A stretch of 38,058 nucleotides of DNA. Source: Octopus sinensis (taxonomy: Eukaryota). The translations under genes and the position numbers were made by a program. Shown here piece by piece: positions 21,300 to 32,060 of the stretch (position 1 is the first letter of the stretch; every line of letters begins with the position of its first letter). Where the stretch lies: NCBI RefSeq assembly GCF_006345805.1, contig NW_021835365.1, forward strand, positions 1 through 38,058. The letters are read 5' to 3'. The notes below the pieces were generated by a model, which saw only the letters and a list, made by a program, of their open reading frames with translations, made no database searches and was not told where the DNA came from.

Positions 21300-21460
21300 G
21301 ATTTGGGCCAAAAGTTGGTTATAATATGCAGCATTCATTTTATCATCGATGAAAACAATTCTGCCAACGCCTTTAGACGAAATACAGCCCCATAACATTA
21401 TGTTCCCACCACCGTGTTTGACAGTATGGAGAATGTTATCTGAATTATAACGTTCTTTAA
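21300..21460 (-). mobile_element. Tc1 transposase fragment
   Basis: ILHTVKHGGGNIMLWGCISSKGVGRIVFIDDKMNA. Confidence 0.85.
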
Positions 21461-21752
21461 AAAATAAACTGAGTTACAAATGGCAAAGTATTCCAGTCAT
21501 AAGATCTGCAATTAATTAGACTAGCCAGATCAATGTGATTAAATTCTCATATTTTGAAAAAAATATAAAATATAGTGCCAGATTATGTGCGGTCAAAATC
21601 TCACAAATTTATTATCAAAACCAAATATATTTAATCATAAAACAACAAATAATAACATAAAAGGTGTTAAATCCAGGGCCAAATTTGAGGAAAAGGAAAA
21701 TAATAAAAAAAATTTGCAACCCCAAAATACCCCAAGAGACACCTGCCGATTG

Positions 21753-22349
21753 CTATTCGATCTCCTCAGGGAAAATCACAGCCTTTGGAGCAATCAAAAG
21801 TCGGGGATCGTCGACCAAGGCCTTCCTCATGTCTAAATGAATTGCCACAATAAACCCAAGGCATCCTCGTCAGTATAATAATCAGTCACAGTCCTGTAAA
21901 GAACGTACCCCAACTTCTCGTACATCGCACGGGCCACCAAATTGGACTTTCTTACATACAAGTCGACAAACTGGCACCCCTTCCTGCATGTTATTAGATT
22001 GGGACAACTCTGCGGATATATCCTCCAAATATTTCATCAATTTCTTGGCAATTCCGCATTTTCGGTATTCTGGGTCCACGGAAATGGCAGTCACGTGTCC
22101 GTGGTAGTCGGAATCCCCCTCGTCCTTGCCTATCACGTACCGACGATTTGGCCGGACATATTTTCGACAACTAGGAAATTTTTGGGTAAAGGCAAAAGTA
22201 GAGCATGTAGAAGGATATGTCAAACTAGGCCATTACAAGGGAGTCTACATTTTCGGTGAAGGGGTCGAGATTGCTTAAATTAGTGTATAATTATACATGT
22301 TATTTATCTTGAAAAGATCCTCCCATTTGACACACCTCACTGTAAACAT
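21753..22349 (-). CDS. NAA20: N-alpha-acetyltransferase 20 (NatB catalytic subunit), 5 exons
   Basis: Spliced: MFTVRCVKWEDLFKINNI|NLDPFTEN|FDISFY...YVIGKDEG..YHGHVTAISVDPEYRKCGIAKKLM..LEDISAE|KGCQFVDLYVRKSN..A..MYEKLGY..YRTV..YY.DEDAL|DMRKAL...PEEIE*. Introns at 22274-22296, 22225-22248, 21984-22008 and 21833-21855. Two 1-nt gaps in exon 3. Confidence 0.92.
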
Positions 22350-22409
22350 TTAAATATTTATTAAAAATAGTCATTAATCAAAAAAACCAATAGTCACCAA
22401 CCATCAAGA

Positions 22410-24650
22410 GGACCTCTCTCTGGACAGCACTCTTGCAAAACCGAAGCCTCCTTTCTGTTGCTATTGTCTGGAGATGTTGAACAAAATCATGGACCAAAGA
22501 AATTCTTGAACGTTATGAGTTTAAACATAAATGGCGTCAGAGGAAACAAAGACTTCAATATGTACATGGAAAGAAAGAATATCGATATTTGCCTGCTACA
22601 AGAAACGAAGTTATCAGTAATGGCCAGCACTCCAAGATTCCATGGTTATAACGTTGTAAGACAGGATCGACCCACGGGTCGAGGTGGGGGCTTAATGACC
22701 CTTGTCAGGAAGGGAATTGGATTCACAAAAACTCATGAAATCTTTACAAAACTGGCCCAAGATGCTAACTCTGAAGTCATGGGGCTTACTATTCATACCT
22801 CCAATGGAATTATTACTATTGGAAACTTATATATTCCCCCCCGGGGTCATGCGCCAAAGGATTTACTGTCGATCTGTCTAGCCTTACTGCTTTCCGGAGA
22901 TTTTAATGCCAAGCACCCTCTGTGGTTTCAGAAACAACCGGCGGAGGAAAACTCATTATTTTCCAATTCAAACGACTGTCCATTATGAACGATCCAAAGA
23001 AAAATACAAGGACGCCATATAACGGAAAAGAATCGATCACATCTCCAGACTTAACATTTTGTTCCTCGAAATTAGCAGCAATTATTTTTTTGGACGGTAA
23101 ACTATGACCTACAGAGTGATCACAATCCAATCATTATACGAATAAACGGTTCTCCAATGACCCGAGAGAAACATGATTTCTACTACGATTATAATAATGC
23201 AAAATGGTCGGCTTATAAGAAATACGTCGATACGAAACTTTCCACATTCTATCCGGAACCCAACTCCCTCGATAGGGCAGTCAAATACTTCAATAAAGTG
23301 ATATTCGTGAGAAGGAAATTATATGTCCATAAACGTTTCCGGAAATATCAGAAAGAAAACAAAACCCAGAAATTATCAGACTATAAAGGAAAGAAACTTC
23401 CTAAGCGCAAAAAATTTCTAACCAAAAAAACAACAAAGAGAATAAGGACACTGAATAAGGCGATCCGGAGTAGACAGTCAAAAAAGCAGAAGCTGGGGAG
23501 GATATCATCAGCTATGAAAAGGAATAGTCCACTATCTGTGGAAGATGCTACGTAAATTTCGGGACTATGATGCACAGACAAGTGTGAACCTGGTGAATCA
23601 CTAAATTTAAACAAATTTATGAACCACTGTGTCTCAATCAGCTACAAACCATATCAGAAACACAATAGGCCACCAAATTCTTTACGAAAACCAAAAAAGG
23701 GACAGCTATCAACCCCTTTTCTACCTGATCAAGTCATATTAGTAATCCACACACAATGAATACAATTTCCTGTGGTCCAGACGGAGTACCAATGATTCTG
23801 CTCAAGAAAGCAGAAAATTTACTCGTTGAATATGGTTACCATATTTAAAACTATGGCTCGCCAATTTTCTGAATGGACGTCGGGGTAGAATCTACAAGGG
23901 CAATCGAAGATCTGCATCGAGGCTACTACTGAATGGAGTGCCACAAGGTTCCCCCTATCCCCCGTATTATTCAACCTAATGTTGAACGATATGCTTTTTC
24001 CTGAAAACAAGAATGACATTTTACTATCATATGCGGATGATATAATAGGTATGGTCAGTAAGCAAGCAACAAGAAGATTACAAAAAATATAAATAACCTG
24101 TGTATATGGCCAGAAAGGTCTGAGCTAACCTTTTTTACAACTAACAAAAGACTGGGAATTTGTCGATAAATGTGACCATGGAAGGAAATCAATTCCTCAA
24201 AATAAAACTCTAAAGATACTAGGAATCACCTTTGACACCTCTCTAACCCTTACTCCCCATACGGAAAACGTGTTGACGAAATGCAATAAGAAACTAAACT
24301 TTCTTAAAGCATTTCTTGGAAAATTGGAAAACGCCAAAGGAACTTACAGATTAGAATCTCTATACACCCAATACATTAAATTGACAATTGGTTACGAATG
24401 TACAGTATGGGGATGCAATCTAGCATATACAAATGTCAAAAAATCGACAATATTCAAATGGAGATTGTAAACCTCCTACCGAATGTCACGGAGAACAAAA
24501 TTCAACCAAAGGGATTAGAATAAATCGTTAAAGAAAACGGTGGAGACCTCAGAAAAAAAGTCCATGTTCAGGATCGCCGACCTCTTAGGCAATGCGCTGA
24601 AGAACACAGAGAGAAGATGCGAAGGTTTCTAAAAGAGGCTGGGATCACCT
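22410..24650 (+). mobile_element. APE-type LINE (endonuclease + RT), decayed with internal deletions; degenerate 2A-like N-terminus
   Basis: FLLLLSGDVEQNHGP, SLNINGV, LLQETKL, DRPTGRGGGL, GDFNAKHPLW, SPDLTF, SDHNPI. RT motifs GPDGVP, GVPQGSP, YADDI and KILGITFD. 3' end approximate. Confidence 0.88.
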
Positions 24651-24831
24651 GAAATAGTTAATTATGGTTATGACGGTGTTTTTGGTCATAATAAATAAAT
24701 AAAAATAAAATTCGAAAACGTGACAATAAATCCCAGTTCCCGCCATTTTGTAATATTTCACAAACAGTAAAAATACCAAATTAGGAAATAAATGATAATA
24801 TAAAGAAAAGTAAAAGAAAATAGTTCCGGAA

Positions 24832-25268
24832 ATGTTTTGGATGGCATTCCTGGCGGTGTCGAACGTGTTGATGATGATAGGTGCAGTAATTTAAATATTA
24901 GATTAGTGCAGGTGATAATGGGGACAGTCCCCTACATGCTCCCCAAGCCTAAAGTGTTCATGGAGGACATTCCCCCCTGCAGACGAGTCGAAATAGTCTT
25001 TGGAGATAATATCGTGGATTTGTTCATCAAAGGACAATCCCCCTCCAAATGGGCCATCTACAAGACTGTCCACTCGGGGGAAATATTTTATTTGGGACTC
25101 ACTTCCGACGTGCCGGGGACAGACGGCGACGGAGTCTACCTCCAAAAACTGGCGAATAAACCCGTGGACGAGACTGTCGACGTCAGCATTTACACTGTTC
25201 ATAACAAAAACCTGTTCAATGGGTACATTAAGGAAAAAGCACAATATAAATGTATTACTACAGCCTAA
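24832..25268 (+). CDS. Predicted secreted protein, 136 aa (26-nt intron at 24881-24906)
   Basis: ATG 24832 MFWMAFLAVSNVLMMI joins across a GT-AG intron in frame to VQVIMGTVPYMLPKP...KCITTA*. The hydrophobic N-terminus looks like a signal peptide. No recognised domain. Confidence 0.6.
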
Positions 25269-25390
25269 CAGAGCTGTCTTGAAGTCACCCACATGAAGGC
25301 GATTGTTTTTTTATTTTAAATTATATTTTTATGTTATATTTTTTAATTTGTGATAAATAAAATCCAAAATTTCAATATTATTTTGTGGGC

Positions 25391-25855
25391 ATGGAAAACT
25401 CGAAATCATCACTAAAGACAGTGATTTCCCTCGTCGAAAAGCCTTCTGTCATTTCTAATGGACCTTTCTATTTACTTAGAAAACTTCCAGGTAATAAAAA
25501 ACATAAAAACAAGTCAGAACCCGATTTGATCTCAGGTTACAACAATCTCCTAAAATACTATGAATTGGACACAATATTCGACAAATACTCAAATAAACGA
25601 ATAGATCAAAGCCTCACAGCTTACTTGCCTCGACTTTTGGGACATATGGACCTCACCTGGCAGCCAGAAGGCAGTTCACTGAGACAAATTCTAAACCAGA
25701 GGCCAGAAGTGGCCAAATCTATCAACCCTCTCTCAGAAAACGACTTGGAGTCGTTTAGATTGGAGGAAGGCCATCTGCCGCCTGAGTATTTAGAAATATT
25801 TGCAGTCAAAGATCCTGTAAACGATTCTGTCCCTAAAAGACGAAAATTGATATAA
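25391..25855 (+). CDS. MED19: Mediator complex subunit 19 (probable 27-nt in-frame intron at 25491-25517)
   Basis: GPFYLLRKLP, NLLKYYEL, LPRLLG.MDL, SSLRQIL and FRLEEGHLP match the Med19 core (GPFYL.R.LP...SSLR.LI...FRL..G.LP). Confidence 0.88.
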   Translation: MENSKSSLKTVISLVEKPSVISNGPFYLLRKLPGNKKHKNKSEPDLISGYNNLLKYYELDTIFDKYSNKRIDQSLTAYLPRLLGHMDLTWQPEGSSLRQILNQRPEVAKSINPLSENDLESFRLEEGHLPPEYLEIFAVKDPVNDSVPKRRKLI

Positions 25856-25935
25856 TTTATTAAAATATAATTTTAGTTGTATTATTATTAATTTGAATTT
25901 AATAGTATCTAAGTAATCTGTAGTTTGTGGTCATT

Positions 25936-27119
25936 ATGAGTCTCAACACTATATCAATGAAGTATCCTCCACTTATTGACCCATCTCGGACACCCATAGC
26001 CTACGGACGGCAGTCTTTCTATCAACTGGTTTGAGTATATTTGACCAACAGAACATTCAAATTCATTCCAACTCAATAATAACCCAACAACGTGCACTGA
26101 GAGCCCTCTCTGACCTAGTCCATGATCCTGAACATACTTACACGTGTATTAAAATAGGACTAGCCACCAACCTGACCTCCTTCCTTACCAATGTGGACAA
26201 TGTTTTGCGGTCTCTGGCAGTGCAGTGTGTCTTCACGTTGGCAGGTTGGACATTGACTTACCCAGGGCACTGCTGTGGGCGGAAATTCATCATTTCTGAA
26301 GGTCTAATCCAACCAATTGCCTTGTTGACTGAACAGAACGAATTAGAGAACATCCGACAATTAGCTCAGGGGACACTCCAGAGGGTTTCCTGTCTGCAGG
26401 AAGGCTCGGAGTGTATGATTGTAGAAGGAATGATCCCCCATTTGTGACTCAGACGGCTGAGGAGGTCGAGGGGATTAAAGTAGTCGGTCAGGGGGATTGT
26501 AGGTTATTGTTTTGGACACTCTCCACAACTGTTTGAGAGTCAATACTTCACTGGCCATCGAAAACGGAGCCATCGGAGTGTTTTTTGTGTCTGTTGGCAG
26601 TCATCTTTACACAATACGTTTTCGAGCAGCCAGGAATTTGATGGATTTGGCGTATTTTGAGTTAGTTAATGTCAGTGTGTCTCTGGATGGGAAGAACAAG
26701 GCAGTGGAGGAGGGGTCTATCCCTCTCCTTTTAAAGTTGTTGAATGAGAAACAATGAGGTCAAAGGGCATGTCTGTGGGGCTCTCATGCTGTAATATTTG
26801 TTGACTATTCCAGGCTAACCGTCATTACTAAAGGAAAGTTTGTGGCTGTTGATAATGGGGCAGTCGACCTTCTTTTGCCTCTGTTAGAAAGCCAGTCAGA
26901 TCACGTCAAGACGAATGCACTGAAGGTAGTTCTGGATTGTCATTTTAGTGTTTGACGTGTTTGGCAGAAGTTCCTTCTGTTAGAAAACATTGCTGAATCA
27001 CCTCGATCGGGTATACATCAAGGGAATGAGTGTAGATATGCCATTTGATCGAAACGGAGGAAAATTACGTTTCCAGAGCGGCTAACATTGCAAAAAGAGT
27101 GATTACGTGGACTCCATAA
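25936..27119 (+). CDS. RSPH14: Radial spoke head 14 homolog (armadillo repeats)
   Basis: PPLIDPSRTPIAYG, QRALRALSDLVHDPEH, LDTLHNCL, RAARNLMDL, DGKNKAV, VITKGKFVAV, KTNALK..TCLAE and RAANIAKRVITWTP*. Micro-introns at 26029-26051, 26245-26265, 26480-26502, 26652-26675, 26791-26813 and 26926-26948. Needs 2 or more 1-nt corrections. Confidence 0.85.
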
Positions 27120-27663
27120 GTCATTCATCACTAACACTACTATGTTTACTTACACTGAAACCTCACTAACTAAATTTATTTGGCCAATTCTGATGAATTC
27201 TTAACTGCTACAAATATTAATGTACAAAGAAATTATTCTGATTACGAATAAAAGTGATCACTTTTCAAACTTTTAACTCATTTTCTTAAAGAAACTGTTA
27301 GTTAAAAACGATTAATTTGAAAATACGTTACATGCAAAGGTGACAAAAACTTATCCGAGTGTCGAGTCATCAAATAATTACAAGTTAATCAATAAGACTT
27401 TTAAATTGTAGCATTTTAACTGAAAATATCAAGTGGCTGAAAGGCTAGTCGAGACCCTACTGGTCAGCTTGACAACGCCGCACTGCGTATTTTAAATTAT
27501 TATTATTATTTCGCAAACTAAACTGGAGACCACGGTGATATAAATAGTTTGAAACTTATATAAACATTTAACAAAATTACATTTTTTAACTTTATTCATA
27601 GTAACTATCTTAGATTTTATTTTTTAACTTGATCTAAATGTTTGGAAAAACACTAACCATTTA

Positions 27664-29577
27664 CAGTCTTCCCTCTATTGCTCGCCATTTTTGGGACCAA
27701 GCCAAAATTGCGACTAAGAGAATTGGCGAGTAAGAAAAATAATTAATATCCTATTTTCTATCAACAAAAATTTCTATAATTTTTAACTATCTAAACATTT
27801 AAATAAATAGCCGAAACATTTATTTAAAAAACCAAAATTTAAGTAAAGTAATCATTTATAGTTTTTTTGTATGATCTTTTCTCTATATTTTTTGCATTTT
27901 TAATAAACTTTCTAGCATATTCACATCAAAATTATCGTCATGTGAAAAATATTTTTTGAGGTCCGAAATACATTTTATCGCATCTCGATGTGTAATACAG
28001 TTGTTTCTTTCACAATCTTCAGTAATTGAACTGTCTAAAATTGCATTTTCATCGTTATTTTCATAGTTATTGTTTTGAACAAATTCATGAAGTTCGTCAT
28101 TTTCAGAGTACGTAAAGTCTATAAACTCCTCTTTTATGGGATCTGTGATCATTAATTTTTCTATAATTTGTTCGAAATTTTTTATTTTATGGTCTCCCAT
28201 AATAGGTTCTTCAATTCTGTTTTCCCATTTGGCGTGCTGAAAACATTTTGATATTGTATCCACTGACACATCTTTCCAGGCTAGATAAGAAAATAAGACT
28301 GCATCTTTCAGGGTTAATTTTTTATAGCATTCAATAGTTGCGTCACCGTAGTTTATTTGTTTAATTATATGTTTTAATTTAAATTTGTTGAAATGAGATT
28401 TGAATGATCTAATGATTCGTGATCCATCGGTTGAAGCACAGTAGTCGTGTTTTTTGGTAAATATAAAACTTCTATCATACTTAATTCGATTGTTGTTCTA
28501 TGCGAAGGACAATGGTCTACAACCAAAAGTATCTTTTTTTGTTTTTGTTGAGAGTCTTGTTCCAATTATACAACCATTCGTTAAATATTTCCATGTTCAT
28601 CCAAGCCTTTGAAGAATTCCGGTATTGTAAATATTCATCAACGTTCAAGTTTTTAAAACACCTTGGTTTCTTAAACTGCCAGATCATCAAAGGGGTTCTT
28701 TTATCGGATCCAGTCATATTTGCGCAAAGCATTAATGAAAATCTGAAAATTGGCTAAAAATGTTAAACCTATCTTTAAGTAATTTTTGTCCTGATCGGCG
28801 TTTCCTGCAGACACTTTTTGATGGAATGGTCTTGTAAAATACGCCGGTTTCGTCGGCATTATAAACATTTTCTGAACCATATTCATTTATTTTAGAAGGG
28901 ATAATTTTTTTAAAGTCTTCGATTTGGTCTTTGAAGTCTTCGATCCCAATTCACCATGAAAAATTCTTAGTTTTACATTGTGCCTTTTTTTGAACTTTTC
29001 AAGCCATCCTTTACTGGCTTTAAATTCGAAGAGACCGTTTAACGCAGCAATTTCAGTTGCTTTCGACAAAATTATCTCATCATTGAGGCAAACTCCAATA
29101 GATTCCATGTAATCTATCCAGGCAATGATTTCAGAATCAATTGCTGAATATCTAAGTTTCGAAAAACGAGAACTTCTCCCATAAATTGGATTAATTCCAA
29201 GAATCTTCTGTTTGTTCAATTTAAGATCGTTAATTGCACGTCTCGAAATTGATTTTTTGAAACGCGACGAAAAAATTTCTGAAACACGCCTTAGACTTAG
29301 AGAAGAATTATCAATAAGATAATTTATAATTTCTCTTTTTTGATCATAAGATAATCTTGAGCACTTCCTCATGTTACAAAAAAAACACGCGGTATAAATA
29401 TTTGAAAAAATTATTTTTTTTAATAATAAATTTTAATTTTTTAATACTAAAACGTGGCGAGTAAGAGAATTTGGCGAGCAATGGAATTTCCTTAGTAAAA
29501 ATGGCATTTTTTCTAAAAAAGTGGCGAGTTATAGAAATGGCGAGCAATAGAATTGGCGAGCAATAGAGGGTAAACTG
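27664..29577 (-). mobile_element. Full-length pogo/Tigger transposon (1914 bp)
   Basis: TIRs CAGTCTTCCCTCTATTGCTCGCCA and TGGCGAGCAATAGAGGGTAAACTG (22/24) with TA on both sides. Minus-strand transposase 29372 to 27883: FKASKGWLEKFKKRH, YNADETG, VVDHCPSH and QPMD, with frameshifts. Confidence 0.95.
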
Positions 29578-29959
29578 TATTTGTTATCAGGCATTACATT
29601 TTTTACTTTTCTTTTTTCTTCATCAAATCTATATGTTGTTTCAATGAAAATTCTTTCCATAATATTTCGATTCAACCCAAACTGTTCCTATTTAACTATA
29701 CCTTATTCTCTATTCTAAAATCATATTTTTACCTTTCTACCCCTATCTTTTTATTCATTCTTTTAAAATGAGATGAACTCATGTTGGACGAGTAAATTGA
29801 AAATTTTATAAGTCGTTTCTAAAAATAAATACATTGTAAATTTATCATTCAGTTTATCTTGGACAAACGATGCCTAATTATTTTCATCTAAATAATAAAT
29901 GAGATAAAAATTTATTATTTCATGAATCACAGTGTTAATTCCAGAAATATTACTAAACT

Positions 29960-30535
29960 TTTAGAAGATTTCATTGATCACCGAGTGATGTGTCGTATTA
30001 TACGAATAAGTTACTTTGTCTAAAAATAGTTTCCGTTTTTTGATTTTTTCCATCAGTTTTGCCATACTTTATTTCAATGTCTGTTTAAAGCGGTCAATCA
30101 CACCTTCATTCAGTTAAACTTATAAACTTGTGACTGGGAATAATTTTGTTTTCCATAAATATTTTTGATTTTATTTTTTTTGCTTATTTGATCCATCCGT
30201 TGTTTTTTGAATTCCACTCCGTTGTTGGAAACTCGAAAATAAATTGTTCTGGAACATTATGATAACTGATTTTGTAAATAAAATTCTCATCCGTTGTCTG
30301 TTTGTAAAATTTGGCAATATCAAATTTGACAAAATTTTTTTAAATTTATTTATAGCTTCTAAAATAAGTATCAGCAAAAGCAGTTTTATTTTTTAAGAAT
30401 TTGCAGACTCCGAATCTGTTGTAAATGTTGATAATTGTTTGTTAAAATATTTATATTTGTTAACATCAAACGGATTCCCTCTGAATCTTTCATGTGGATT
30501 TCTTGCAGTTACATGGTAATTAGAATCAATACCTA
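29960..30535 (-). pseudogene. Decayed rve integrase fragment (copy B)
   Basis: Duplicate of 385-960. Confidence 0.62.
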
Positions 30536-30664
30536 AGTATATTTATTTGAAAATACTTTTAATGGCTCGGCAAATTTACAAATTTCCCAGTCTTTTATAA
30601 TTTGTTCAATAATTAGCGTTTCGCAGTAAAAAGAAATTTACTATATTTTTTATGAAGTTTTTGT

Positions 30665-30963
30665 AATCCCTGGCGGCATTCTGGTGAATAGCGAATTCGA
30701 GTGTCCGCGTAAAACAGCCAGCAAGATCCTCTGAATAAGGAATATAAATTCCCTGAAATCTTTGGATCGACAGACGGCCAAGTTTCTTAAGATGAGCAAA
30801 CGTCTTGGCTCCAAAAATACAGGAAGTGTCGACGGCAATTGCCCAAAAGCAAAATCGATCGCGTAAATCCTTGTATTTTGTCAATTTCGTGAATTCGGTT
30901 TTCTCGGCCGACGAACCGTGTTGATAAAGCGTGGAATTCAAGGCTCCGTGGAATACTAAATTA
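30665..30963 (-). mobile_element. CRE retrotransposon 3' end (copy B)
   Basis: Duplicate of 1090-1385. Confidence 0.7.
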
Positions 30964-31007
30964 ACCAAATTTCTAACAATAAAAAATTTCTAAAATAGAA
31001 TACTATC

Positions 31008-32060
31008 GATCCCGCTTATTGGGGCATTTTTTTAATAATTTTAAATAAAATTTTTATGCATTATTTTATTTTAAATAATAGCGTGTCGTTTAGTGGTTAT
31101 CCTAAAAAAACTTTCTTGTGGTTTAAGGAAAAAAAATTTTGTGCTGTTGGCAAATTCTATATTCGAAAGCGAAATATCCAAGATGTTTAAAATTGGAAAG
31201 GGAACAGTATTTAGAATAAAAATGGAAACTAAACAAGGATTTTATTCAAATCCTATTACTGACGCAGTTCTATACAGAGACTATGAATCAGATTTATCAT
31301 TAAAACTCGATCGTCTGGTTTTTGAACTTTTCAAGCATCAGAGACAAGATGGAATTTCAGTTTAATTAAAAAAATTGCTAGAAATATTGCGATTCGGATA
31401 AATTTTAGTAGCTTTAAAGGCTCTAATGCAGGGTTTCTTAACAGGGGGTACATGTGCCCAGGGGGTACGCGGAACAATTTTTTGATTATTCAGATATGTT
31501 TCAATTCTTGCACACTTATGGAATTTTGGAGTAAAATGATTCCAAAGTATTCGTTATTGACTATGGCTAGTATGCAATATTTAAATTAAAAATCGATAGG
31601 GGGTATGCTGGGTCCATTTTTAACCTTAAGAGGCACAATTTATCAAAAATTTGAAAAAGGTTAAGAACCGCTGCTCTAATAGATAGCTAGGCCGCTTTAA
31701 AAATGTAATGAACTATCTTTTAGAGCAATTTTTGGTGAAAAGAATTCCTCCAACAAAAATTTAATTAAAAAATTTATGAATAAGTTCAACATGGAAGACA
31801 TTTTTAATTATAACGAAACCTGCCTTTTCATTAAAAAAAGAAGCCGAATAAATTATTTGTCATTGATGATGAAAATTGCTTTGGTAGAAAATTCTGTAAA
31901 AAAATAGCAATCCTTCTTTTATGCTCTTCTATGGATGGATGACAAATAATATTTTAATCAATTGGTTCAACTGTATTGTGATAACCAAATGCTTTTATTT
32001 AAACGTCTACAAAATCAAAAAATGTAACCGGTTCCATATGCGTAATGGCTGTCACATAAT
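31008..32060 (+). mobile_element. Decayed Tigger with hAT MITE (copy B)
   Basis: Duplicate of 1430-2480. Confidence 0.75.
31429..31673. mobile_element. hAT MITE (copy B)
   Basis: Same TIRs and CTCTAATG/CTCTAATA TSD as 1850-2093. Confidence 0.9.

Noticed and set aside
21753-27119. Insertional RNA editing or programmed frameshifting to explain broken host genes
   Set aside because: The duplicated segments differ at the same kind of 1-nt indels, so sequencing consensus error is more parsimonious. Not excluded without cDNA.
27430-27510. GC-richer patch ending in (ATT)n as a SINE or LINE 3' end
   Set aside because: No TSD or second copy is visible in the window, so there is too little evidence.
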